Source of the DNA: Tubulanus polymorphus
Taxonomy: Eukaryota > Animalia > Nemertea
DNA length: 64,000 nt
NCBI RefSeq assembly: GCF_964204645.1
Contig: NC_134033.1
Coordinates: 2,004,131-2,068,130, forward strand
Direction: 5' to 3'
A program made the position numbers and the translations under genes. Shown piece by piece: positions 10,496 to 25,382 of the stretch; positions within the stretch are counted from its first letter, which is position 1; each line of letters starts with the position of its first letter. Below the pieces are notes generated by a model. That model was not told the DNA's origin and did no database searches. It saw only the letters and a list, made by a program, of their open reading frames with translations.

Positions 10496-12754
10496 TAAGT
10501 GCCTTCGATTTAGATATAGGAAGGGCTAGTCATAATTTCCAGGGTCGCAGAAGTCTTGAGATCTGTCGATTGCGTTTTTCTAATTTAACCCTTTGGCCCT
10601 AATGAACGACCAAATATGGTCGATTAAATCGATCCTCGAGGAACAACCTTGTTAAATGGGTCAACGTCAGTTACCAGCTTTGGATATTTCGCTTAATATT
10701 TTTATTAAATATCTCTATTGAAAAATTGTCAAAGGTCCTCTTTTTATTCAACTAGAATTAGAGAAAGGATCGGCCATTTTTGGGATGTCCTTCATTGTAA
10801 AACACATTGTTAAATGGATACAAATTTATCCTTAAATCAACAAGTGTTTTTAAGGTGGTGGTAAATGGCAAAAACGCTGAAATTAACCGGGCTGAAATTG
10901 ATTAAATTTTCAATTGAATGTCCGGACATTTCAAATGATTATCAATTTATAAACAGTCAAACTCGCTTTAAGTCGTAATTTCGATAAGTCGTCATATAAC
11001 CGAAGTCATCTCTATTTTTGAGTTTAAATTTAAAGTTAAATTTATATTTCATATTAAGTTTGCTAAATATATTAAACAGGTCATTTTGGATAGGTCATAA
11101 CATTACTGAAGTTGTCTTTTCGGGTCCCAATTTGTAGTAAGAATTCAATATACTAAGTGCAAGTAGTCACATTTATGTAAGTCATCTCTATTTCCAACAT
11201 TTCCATTTCTGAATCGATTTATTAACTGTCATGACCGTGCTGAGTGCCCTTCAAAGTCAGCGTAAAATATTTGGCTCAAGATTTTGCGAAATTTTGACAC
11301 AATTTTCATGCGTTTTTATTCTCGAATGATTTTTTCAGGTACCTGACTTGTATTCTAATTTAGGTACGTCCGTTTTCGATAGGAAAGCGGCCCTTTCATC
11401 TTGAAATAGAACTGCCCCTCAAAAAAGCTCGGCACCGGCCTAAGTGTTAGCTATCATTTGGATAAGTTGTCAACACAATTAACAATGTCCCGAGCGAATT
11501 TGAGTGTAGTTGATTTTTTTTCTAAACTTGATTCCTATATAACTGCTAATATTCTGCAAGACTGATTCTGAAAAAACATTTATGAGGAGTGAGTGAAAAA
11601 AATTGAAAACGTTTCATGTTTCATAAAAATGTATCTTAATAATATGTGATATGATTAATTACTAACTATTATTGTTAACTATTTATTGATAACTAAAAAT
11701 AAATTTCTGATGTTTAAAAAAAAAATTATTTGTTTTATTTGACAATCTTCGTGGTTTTTTGCCACCCTCTTTGAAATTTTAAGTTTTTCATTCGATTTAG
11801 TTGGAAATTGCGATTTTTTCAAAAATTGCATATCGAACTTCAGATTTGAAGTGAATGAACAGAGGCTCGTATCAGAGTTGATGTAGGTATCTGTAAAAAC
11901 GATATCTCCTAATCCTGGTTGAAAAAATTGTTTTTTTGAATAAAGACTCTTTTATATACATTAAGACACAGGGTTAACAGGTTATCGTATCAACAATACC
12001 TATATTTCAGATACAAGCCCCTGTGAGATGATAAGCAAATTTCACGCATTGGCGACCAGCAACCTGCTCGACGTGGCAAGCACGAGTTATGGTTTTAGAC
12101 GGTACGGCGGCCTAGGACGACCCGACAGCCGACGGCGTCCGAGGTGCCTCGGATGCCACTTCAGAAACCCATCTCTAAAGAATTAAGCGAAATTAAATTG
12201 AACATCGTCAAAATCAAAACGTTCTTCTGGTTGTATCGATTGTGTAATGATTTGAAATTGATTACCTTTAAGCGGACCGGTTATTCAATGACGGCTAGAT
12301 CGAAGTGGCGAGGCGTTCTCAAGCTCCACACTATCCAATCCACGAAGGGCAAGATATCATAAAATACAATTCGAAAACTCGAAACGACGGCTCCCGCGGG
12401 AATTTAATTTAAGCCTTATCGTCGGAGTCACGTCTAACTTATTTCTGATATGAGAAGCATTTCGCTGATTTAATCTTTCAGATACGTTATTTTCGAATGA
12501 ACACGTAGAAAAGGGATAATAATGTTTTCTCTGAGCGTCACCGGCACGAATCAAATCTACCAGATGGTGCTGCCACCTTCACGATCATAATCTTTTTATT
12601 TTGCTTTTCAAATGGGAAAATTTCTTGGATATATAAAAAAATAACTTTAATCAGAATTTTCTAACTAGAAATTTCATAGGCCCGCGCCAGGGCAGCTCGA
12701 ATATGGCTAGGGTGTAGCCCGGTTGGTGCTGCCACCTAACCGCAGCTGTTGTTT

Positions 12755-12767
12755 CAAAATGGCGGAC
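12755..12767 (+). promoter_or_regulatory. YY1-like motif CAAAATGGCGGAC in the LCMT1 promoter/5' leader
   Basis: Close to AANATGGCGGC, about 80-90 nt upstream of the LCMT1 ATG. Confidence 0.4.
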
Positions 12768-12844
12768 GTCATCAACGAGAAATCGAATTTTCCGAATTTC
12801 TAGAGTGATTTTTCACGATTTTCTGACTAGAAAGCGACCGAATA

Positions 12845-16097
<3,253 letters not shown>

Positions 16098-16359
16098 TGA
16101 GACTCTCTGAGAGTAAGAGGAGAGGGTGGGTTTCGTGCGTGCGACCCACTGCGGCAACAACGGCTTTAAACTGAGAAAATTGTGCTCGAAAAAAAAAAAA
16201 CCGTGATTTTTCGCCTTGTTCTTTACGTATGAATGCATCGTATTAACCGTGCTGTGAATCGTTCTCCGATATTTGTGCCATACCTGATTGACTTCGTGTT
16301 GACTTCGAAAACCGGACACTTATTTATGAGTCAAAAGCGCCGATGAATTAATATCTGAA

Positions 16360-16633
16360 CGTGCTGGTAATTTGAAAATTCTTAAAATATTCCACCTCAG
16401 TGCGGTGTATAGCGGGCGTACCGCTTTAGTGCATCTACACCGCAGTGCGGCGTATCGTTACTTACTATTTCACCGTTTGACAGATGCTGCAATTTATCAA
16501 TAGACATTAAAAACGAATAACGTGAATACACTGGTGCGGAGTACTAGCAAATTCCATCACTGATTTATACACCGTACTGCGATGTAGCCGTTGATACACT
16601 GCACTGCGGTGTAGGCACACTGAAAGGGTTTAA
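16360..16633 (+). mobile_element. piggyBac-like MITE (family of about 290 bp), left end degraded
   Basis: Ends CTGAAAGGGTTTAA; internal ACACCGCAGTGCGG palindrome shared with copies at 20030-20320, 22606-22904, 30085-30335, 36380-36570, 41531-41817, 62662-62944. Confidence 0.75.
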
Positions 16634-16929
16634 GTCTGAATCATCTAAAAAAAATCCTACAAAATCTGGATTATCGGGATACTAACACCATACCTTCACT
16701 AGTAGTAGACTTTGTGAACTGTGGATAATTTTTGCATATCAAATATTTATTACCGTAGCCCTGTACGTAATGTAGAAGTAGTTGTTACCCGAATAAGTCT
16801 TACAGTTTACAGTTACTTTTTCATCTCTTGAACTTTGAGAAAGTTTTTTCTCGGAAATTTTTGATTGAAATATTGCTGCTTAACTTAATAATAATAATAA
16901 ATGAATATTAATCCTATATAGATGTTAAG

Positions 16930-16996
16930 ATCGTCCTCACTTGCCACGGCGGTATACTCAGCCCGACGAAGCAGGCTGCTGGCAAGTGAGGACGAT
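16930..16996. other. 67-nt hairpin with perfect 17-bp stem
   Basis: ATCGTCCTCACTTGCCA (16930-16946) is the exact reverse complement of 16980-16996; inner CAGCC/GGCTG stem. Confidence 0.8.
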
Positions 16997-17255
16997 TTGT
17001 TAGTGTATTATATACGAGCAGGCTTTGTGAAGCTTTGTTTTTTTTGTTACGGCTGACGAAATAAATACAGTATTTTTTGTTGAAAATTAATAATCGTTTT
17101 ATCGCAATTCGAATTTTTGGTACGTGATTTGTCCGGTAGGTGGCGCTAAGCGAGAAAATGTAAAGAAGACTTCGAGAAGAACAAGGTGGCCGAATTGGGG
17201 AACTACAAATCATTCCTTACGCAATGATGTTAACAAAACAGAAAGTTATGTCCAG

Positions 17256-17392
17256 GGGCCGGTTCCATAGTCAAGGCTTAAGACCAAAAGTTGTCTTAAA
17301 TCTTAAGACTGGTCTTAGTTGTTAGATTGGCTATAGAACTAAGTTGCTTTTAGACTGGTCTTAAGTCTAAGCCCTCACTATGGAACCGGCCC
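17256..17392. mobile_element. PIF/Harbinger-like MITE
   Basis: Perfect 16-bp TIR GGGCCGGTTCCATAGT with CAG duplicated on both sides; related copy at 61215-61353. Confidence 0.85.
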
Positions 17393-17799
17393 CAGGAGCT
17401 GGATGCAGTATACATTTAAGACTAAAGGAGAAACTGCAATTAAAGTGTCCCAAACGGTTATGCGTCACCTAACACTAGCGCCACATTCAGGAGAGGTGAC
17501 CTAAAATGCAGCTGGACCCAATCTAAATATAGCGGCCTCAGATTGGCGTGATACCGTGTTGCATTCACTTTCACTGCTGAGTGACAAGCGCGGGTTTGAG
17601 TCCTGCTGGCTGCTTACAGCGAGCGGGCAACACTTCACTCCCTGGGTTCAGTCGTGATGTTAATTTATGAACAGTCCAATAGGGTTAGTCTCGGGAAAAC
17701 AAAGATAGCAAGTACGACTGGTCTTAAGATTAAGAGGACCACTTTCGAACCAGTTTTCAAAGATTAGTACTTCAGACATTTTGCGAGTGACATGTCCGG

Positions 17800-18163
17800 T
17801 ACATACAACACTAGAACCCCCCCCCCCTGTACATGCAACACTAGTACACCCACCCTGTACATGCAACACTAGTACACCCCCACCCCCCTGTACATACAAC
17901 ACTAGAACCCCCCCCCCCCCCCTGTACATGCAACACTAGTACACCCACCCTGTACATGCAACACTAGTACACCCCCCCCCCCCCTGTACATACAACACTA
18001 GTACACCCCCCCCCCCCTGTACATACAACACTAGTACACCCACCCTGTACATACAACACTAGTACACCCCCCCCCCCCTGTACATACAACACTAGTACAC
18101 CCACCCTGTACATACAACACTAGTACACCCCCCCCCCCCTGTACATACAACACTAGTACACCC
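17800..18163. repeat. Minisatellite CTGTACATRCAACACTAGTACA-C(n) with variable poly-C spacer
   Basis: About 11 tandem units, mostly alternating CCCACCC and long C runs. Confidence 0.9.
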
Positions 18164-18406
18164 AAAGCCTGTTATATATCAATCAATGTAATGCGCTATT
18201 CAAATAAACATTGTATAAAAATTTACGCTATTTCTCGTTTGAAGCACATGATAACCTAGTTTTACGCACAGCAGACGGTTACACAATATCCACAAAAAAA
18301 ACTATTGAATTCAGTTGTGATATGAACGGAGAGCGTGTGATCTGTAGAGGTTAGTGATTTAATAATACATATCTGTGAACTACTCATTCAGCGGGCATCA
18401 ATCTGT

Positions 18407-19150
18407 TGACTGAAACCTGCAGCCTGAAACCTGCAGCTCTGTAGACTGAAACCTGCAGCCCTGTAGACTGAAACCTGAACCCCTGTAGACTGAAACCTGA
18501 ACCCCTGTAGACTGAAACCTGCAGCCCTGTAGACTGAAACCTGAGAAGGGTACAGTGCCAGGCTGACGAGGCGCAGGGTTCAGGCTGAGAGGGGTACAGT
18601 GTCCAGGCTTGGAAAGTGCAGGGTCTAGGCTGAAGGGGTGAAGGGTCTAGGACGGGGGAACAGGCTAGCAGGGGTACAGTGTCCATGCTGAGAGGGGTAC
18701 AGTGTCCAGGCTTCAGGGAGGTGTACGGTCCAGGCCGAGGATGGTGAAGGGTCCAGGCCGAGGAGGTGCAGTGTCCAGGCCGAGGAGGTGCAGGGTACAG
18801 GCCGAGGACGGTGCAGGGTCAAGGCCGAGGATGGTGAAGGGTCCAGGCCGAGGAGGTGCAGTGTCCAGGCCGAGGAGGTGCAGGGTACAGGCCGAGGACG
18901 GTGCAGGGTCAAGGCTGAGGAGGGTGAAGGGTCCAGGCTGAGAAGGGTGAAGGGTCCAGGCCGAGGAGGTGCAGGGTACAGGCCGAGGACGGTGCAGGGT
19001 CAAGGCTGAGGAGGGTGAAGGGTCCAGGCTGAGGAAGGTGCAGGGTCCAGGCTGAGGAGGGTGCAGGGTCCAGGCCGAGGAGGTGCAGGGTACAGGCCGA
19101 GGACGGTGCAGGGTCAAGGCTGAGGAGGGGATGAAGGGTCCAGGCTGAGA
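18407..19150. repeat. Adjacent 22-bp minisatellite and G-rich compound array (units of about 20 bp)
   Basis: CTGTAGACTGAAACCTGAACCC units at 18407-18545, then (CAGGCYGAGGAGGTGCAGGGT)-like units; explains ORFs at 18384-19196. Confidence 0.9.
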
Positions 19151-19276
19151 GGGGATCATGTAGGGAACAGGCTGAGTGAATGAGTAAAGGGTTCACACAG
19201 CAGATTACTACATCTGTTTTTAGAGAGTGATCATCACGTTAATAGTTTATACAGTATTCTATACGAACACGCTGTG

Positions 19277-19284
19277 TATATAAG
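19277..19284 (+). promoter_or_regulatory. Candidate TATA box of the AADAC-like gene
   Basis: TATATAAG about 95 nt upstream of the ATG at 19373. Confidence 0.45.
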
Positions 19285-19372
19285 CTATAGGATCGTGGAA
19301 TGGAACGACTACATATTTCCAGGGTCGACCAGACACAAACCCTTACAACAATAGACCAGACGAGAGTCGGCA

Positions 19373-22300
19373 ATGATGTCTAAACTAGAATCCATTGTAG
19401 TTAGCGGCGTATTCATGATTTCGATGATCTGGTATTTGACGGCAGAATCAAAGGTAAATCAACGTGTAACTTCTTAAACACTACTTTGGCCCGGATCTCG
19501 GAATATCTTCACTTCTCTACGTCCTGCGTGGATATTGTGAAACTAAAGCGCAGTCCGATTTCTTATTTAGAGATTTAAGCAGTTCAATGATTTTCTAACA
19601 AGTCTAACTGGGTCAAGGAATAAATCCGCAAAACAGGCCCCGAAGACATCATAGATTTTAAAATGTAATTTCTTTCGCAGCAAACTGGATTTTTCGGTTT
19701 CGTTTATTCGTTGTTGTTGTTGCCGTCTGTATTGTTGTTGGTTGCCGCGGTTATCGTCTGCTGCCCGCGCGATTTACCGGCAGACGGACTGAAAGATCGG
19801 TGGAAAATACGAATAATACTGACGATTCGTAACATCATCAATCTTGTGGTAAGAATTGATCGAACAAAATTATGAATTCCCTTCCCTTTTAAGGGCACAT
19901 AGATTTAGGGGCTTCATTGATGGGGGGACAAAATAATCACTGGAAATATTTTGAAATTTGTCGGTTGTTACCACGGTTTCCATGCAGGGAAAAATAAATC
20001 CCGAATACCCAGATTACCTGATCTTTCCAATTTCAGTGCATCTACACCAAAGTGCAGTGTATAAATCGGTGATGCACTTTGCAAGTACACGGCACTGCCG
20101 TATACTGGTTTTATTCGCGATTAGTTATTCTCTCCATTGAAAGATGGCAGCACTTGTCAAACATAATACGTGCGAAATGTGAGTAACCTACAATACACTG
20201 CACCACGGCGTAGACACACTATAGTGAATAAATGATATAAAGATTCCAAGTCCAAACTCTAAAAATTTCAAATTATCTCCAGCACTTTCGGGTACAAATG
20301 AGGCAGCACTGTAAGGATTAACCCCTTTCCATCGATAACCTATTATAAACGGACGATTAGGTAGTTTTATATCTATAACAACAGGGCGGTGTTGTATGTT
20401 ATTTCGGATTTGCATGTTACACGACGTCTACGGCGCGTATGTACAACTATCTGCTGTCGATCGGCCAGTCGTACCTGGGAGTAATAGTGAGTACATGTAT
20501 CTTAAGTCCTTAAGATGTTAAAGTTAAGACTCACTGGTCTACGTTAAATCACAAGCCATATTCGAATTCGTTAATTTTTTCAGGAGTTCGACGACGCAAT
20601 CGAAGGTGTCAAAGTGAAGATTTTTAAGCCGACAGAAGTTGAAGATAGCGATGAGTTGATACCAGGAGTTGTGTACATTCACGGCGGAGGTTGGACTAGC
20701 ATGAGTACAGGTCAGTCATTTCAAAATCATGTCAGACATGACATTGAAATATTTCAACTTGGTTTTTAATTGAAAGGACATCCGATGGCCTAGCTCGGAC
20801 AGTTTTAGTAATGTCTATATTAACATTGCCTTAGAAGACGTCAGGTGGCATAGCTCGATCTGTTTTGGCAATGTCTATTTTAGTTCAATAGTAGTGACTA
20901 ATGATACACCGCGCTGTGGTTTAGATGCAATAAAGCGGTATGCCTGTAATACACCGCACTACGGTGGAATTGTCTAAATTTTCAAATTAGAACTTTCTGC
21001 ACTGAAACCCCTAGGTTTACGTCAAACCCAGTCGCGTTGTACCTTGCTAGTGTATTAATAATACGCCGCGCTGTGGTTTAGATGCAATAAAGCGGTATGC
21101 CCGTAATACACCGCACTGCGGTGGTCATCAAATGTAAATCATTTTCTGAAAACAGAAACGCACAGACGATTGACGAGTTTGTTGTGCAAACATCTGAACA
21201 AAATAGTCATCTCAATCAGGTAGGTGACATCGAGCAACTACGAGCAACTATTTCAGCACGGACGTTTTAAAGAAACGCTTGATGATGGATGAATCAGTTT
21301 TCATCGTTGTGTATTTCAGTTACAGCGTCGTACCCGAGGTACATTTTCCGCAACCGGTCGACGAATGTTTGAAAGTGACGAAATATCTACTGAATCACGG
21401 TGACCATAAATATCGGATCAAACGAGATGATATCATCATAGCCGGTGAGATATCTCAATAAATCCCCCCTATGACATCATAGTTATCTATTATTCAATCC
21501 TTCTGGAAAAGATCAGATTGCCTAATGGATCGACTATACCCTTCGAGAATAAATGACTGCCTTCCCCCTATGACATATCACTATGTTTATCAAAGAGATC
21601 CTCTCCTCGAATAGATGGCTGCTTCCATGAACTCCCCCTATGACATCATCAAATTGATCTAACAAATTGATCTAACACCCGATCCAGAATTATGGCTGCC
21701 ACCATCTAACCCCCTATGACATCATCAAATTGATCTAATGCCCCATCCACAATGGATTACTGCCTCCATCAATCCCCCTATGACATCATCAAAAGATTTT
21801 GAAACAAATATTGTCTGATAAGGAAATCTTGAATTGTGTATTTGATGTAGGAGATGACGTTGGAGCCAATATGGCCGCCGTGATTGCGCAAGAGTTACGA
21901 AACGTCGACGATGACACGCCGAGATTAACGAAACAGATTCTCATCGACCCTGTTCTGCAATTCTTCGATTTCGAACTGGCGTCGCACGTCGAGAACGATC
22001 GTTACGATTTGTTGGCGTCGTCGCGGTCGCTCGCGCACCGGTTCCTGTTCTACGTCGATCGCTCGCCGTTTTACGCCACTGAAATATTGCGCAATCGCCA
22101 CGTCGACGCGGCGGATCGCGAAAAATATGGATACCTCGTCGATCGCGGATTATCGACGACCACGCCCGAACCGCGAATTCACGAATATACCCCGCATTCT
22201 TATCAGGATTTAGTGTATTATTACCATGGCGATGCGACGCCGGGTCAGATCCGTCCGCCCGTTACGCGACGATTAACCGACCCGGTCGAAAACGATGCGA

Positions 22301-22575
22301 TCGTCGCCGCCGATTTACGCGCGGCGGTACTTGACCCGCGAGTCGCTCCGCTCATGCGCGACGACCTCGACGGCTTACCGCCGGCCGTTATCGTGACATC
22401 GCGGTACAGCATCACCCGCGACGACGGTTCGATCTACGGCAGACGGTTAGAATCGGCCGGTGTCAAGGTCGTTTCGACGGAATTCGAGCAGACGTTTCAC
22501 GGACACCTCGTTTACGCCCACGTTCTGGAAAGCGCTCGCGACAACGCGATGAAACTCATCGAATTAATTCGTTAA
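19373..22575 (+). CDS. Arylacetamide deacetylase-like (AADAC/NCEH1, HSL family) alpha/beta-hydrolase with non-canonical triad, 463 aa, N-terminal membrane anchor
   Basis: Exons 19373-19453, 19681-19848, 20385-20486, 20584-20710, 21156-21219, 21320-21444, 21851-22575 (1392 nt, phases consistent). Motifs VYIHGGGW, YSVVPEVHFP, IIIAGDDVGANMA, QILIDP, VAPLM..LDGLPP, RYSITRDDG, TFHG. Confidence 0.88.
21460..21795 (+). repeat. CCCCCTATGACATCA / ATGGCTGCC intronic repeat (copy 2)
   Basis: Five CCCCCTATGACAT subunits filling most of the last intron of the AADAC-like gene. Confidence 0.85.
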
Positions 22576-22605
22576 TTAATTCCGTTTCTTATCAATAACT
22601 ATGAA

Positions 22606-22904
22606 TTAACCCTCAACACGTCTCTACACCGCAGTGCGGTGTATAAATCAGTGGACTTCTGTAGTACACTATGTCATGGTGTATGGATTTTGTCAGTACG
22701 TAATTTGTCTTTATCTCTATTGAAAGATGGCAGCACCTGTCAAACAAAGTGAAATATTAGTAACTAACGATACACCACACCGCGGTGTAGACGCACTAAA
22801 GCGATATGCCCGTTATTCAACGCACTGAGATGGAATTTTTCAAAAATTCAAAATTATCTCCAGCACTTTTAAGGGTATGAATAAGTCGGCCCTGAAAGGG
22901 TTAA
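22606..22904 (-). mobile_element. piggyBac-like MITE just after the AADAC-like stop codon
   Basis: TTAA-CCCT...CTGAAAGGG-TTAA; reverse orientation relative to 41531-41817. Confidence 0.8.
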
Positions 22905-23659
22905 TAAAATCATATACTTTTAAGTTGATGATTAAATGAATATTGTCATGGTAACAATGTAGTTTTACATTGTCAACTCCTTTTTTTGAACTACAGACCC
23001 CAGACATTTGCTGAAAAGTTGGTTCGAGTCGCCGCATTTTGCACTCGCTCAAAAAAAATGCTGAACGACAGATTTTCTATGATACGAAAAAAAAAAATCA
23101 CAAATTACTTTCGTGTATTATTCCTAAAAACTGCGGAGAAGTCGGAAAAATGTCGGAAAATTTCCTGTGAATATATCGCGATGATTTCAGATGAAAAATA
23201 TATTTTAGCTTTTGTAAATGTAAGTATGACTTACAAAATTACGTTGGCTTTTTATTCAGCGTTTAAAAACGCGCAAATATTTTACTGAAAATAGAATCGA
23301 TTTCTAACCCAGAACTCCTTATCGTCCTGTCCTTTTTTTCCTTCACGGAGGAGAACACGCTTCCAAGAGGTGGCGCTTTTCAGCTTTAAAAATAATCCAT
23401 CCACATCGACGAGAATTTCAAGAATTCTTTATCCTTCGGTTTATTATAACTGTTTGTAAGAAATACCAGAATTAAACACTTTAAAGTACTTACACAGTCA
23501 CACATTGTCGGAGGTCGGCTTCGCAAACAGGAAAAATTATCCATTTCTCATTTGAAAGATAGTTTACGATTCTCCAGAACTGCTAGCTTTTTTAGAGACT
23601 AAATGCGAAAAACAAAACAGTTCCAGAATTCACCAACACGGCATTTCAGAGTCAACTGG

Positions 23660-24060
23660 TGACTATATTCGAACACAAATTTGTATGTTTTCCAGTCTCG
23701 ATTCGACTCAAACAATCCGCAATGGGATACGTTTAATAATTCCACAGTAAAGCGGTAGTCATTTGAGGACTTCAACTAAACACCAATTTGACCATTTTTC
23801 AGTCCAGATTCGACTCCATCAACCATCCACAGAACTCGCAGGTCAATCGCAATGAGACGTGTTCATTAATTCCACATATGATCAAAATGGATGGAGAGTC
23901 ATTCGATGAACACAAATTTCATAGTTTTTTCAGTCCGGAGTCGACTCAATCGCGTTGAGACGTGTTCATTAATTCACAGTAGCAAAATAGATGGAGAGTC
24001 ATTCGATGACTTCATCTGAACACAAATTTCATAGTTTTTTAGTCCGCAGTCGACTCCATA
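23660..24060. repeat. Degenerate tandem repeat of about 110-130 bp (3-4 copies) downstream of the MED11 stop
   Basis: Recurrent GTCATTCGATGA..AACACAAATTTCATAGTTTTT..AGTCC..CGACTC blocks. Confidence 0.7.
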
Positions 24061-24097
24061 TATGAGAATTTTACAGGTATACGTAATTCTGACACTG

Positions 24098-25382
24098 CTA
24101 TAATAATCCAGCTAGAGTTTGAGCTGGTTGTTGTTGTTGTTGTTGTTGAGAGGCGACCGTCTGCTGAGATGAAACACCCGTCTGCTGAGCTGTAACCCCT
24201 ATCTGCTGGGATTGCTGCTGCTGCGATTGTTGCTGTAATTGCTGCTGCTGCTGCTGTTGTTGCTGCGGTTGCGATTGTTGCTGTTGTCTCAAACGCAGCA
24301 GTTCGTGTTCGTTTTTTATCCGTTCCAGTTCGGTCAGACGACTTTTAACGTGTTCCAAACGATGGAACGCCATCTGCAGGTCTTTTTGCGCCGCGTAACT
24401 CGAACCCTCGTGAGGCTGACCTTCAAATTCGAGAAAACTTCATTATTAATTCGATTTTCAAATTGTCTTGCAGTGTTTCAAAATTTTACCACCTTTTAAC
24501 ACTGAACCTAAGTTAAAGTGGGGTGTTTTGGGGTGATAACTTAAATCCCTTTTACAAACTCCGTGAATCAGCGGTGAATGGAAAACATTTCTTGGTTCAA
24601 ATGTTACAATCTATTCATTTTTCATGAACCATGTATTCGATCAAATAACAACTACGCCTAAGACCTGAATTCAATGAGTTTTTCAGATTTTTGGCAAAAT
24701 TTGTCAAATTCCGAGTTTTCCCTGATTTTTTTTTTTGCTGATTCCCTGAGATTTCCAGGTTTCCGGGGTGACGACCAGAGACCCTCAGCGGGTCAGGCAA
24801 TATGGTACCAAGTGGTATGGCTACCAAGTGGAAAGCATTCTAGAAGATAAAAACATTTTCTCTATTTAGGTGAAGATTTACCAGTTGAGAATTGCGTAAG
24901 ATAGTTGATCTGATTCGTTAGACCTTTCTCGACGCTTTCCAACGTTTTCAGGAAATTGTGCGTGTGATTTTCGACTCCTTTCTGACTCGGTTTGTCCTTC
25001 GACATTTCCGTCATTGCTTGACCTGAAAAAAATTCAAAAAAAAATTTGATTTATTGTATTAAAAAAAATACATTTTCTGCTAAAAATTTCTATTATCCGA
25101 ATGAATTTAATTAATTTTCCATGATTTTAGAGCCGGTAAGTTATCCACCAGGAGGTGCTGCCCCCTGTTCGACGAAAGAGGCATTACACTCAAAATTTTA
25201 CAATTTATCGTTGATTTTGACGCCTTTATGAAATTCAAATTTTGAATTCTAAACCGTTCAACGGATTTCGAAAGTTTAACGTAAGCTATGGTGGATTTAG
25301 ACGTACCTGCATACTGCAGCGCGTTAGCAATGTCCCTTTCAATGTTGTCAAGTTGAACTATTCGTTCACTGGAGGCCGCCAT
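24098..25382 (-). CDS. MED11: Mediator subunit 11 with Gln-rich C-terminal extension, 179 aa
   Basis: Minus-strand exons 25382-25307, 25022-24882, 24420-24098 (540 nt). Spliced protein contains L..QINYLTQFSTGQPHEGSSYAAQKDLQMAFHRLEHVKSRL, the MED11 signature. Confidence 0.93.

Noticed and set aside
12027-12185. 52-aa plus-strand ORF containing RR-YGGL-GR, resembling an amidated neuropeptide
   Set aside because: Single motif, no signal peptide and no compatible upstream coding exon found.
17530-17650. B-box-like GGGTTTGAGTCC suggesting a tRNA or SINE head (similar at about 43300)
   Set aside because: No cloverleaf or convincing A box; not supportable without a search.
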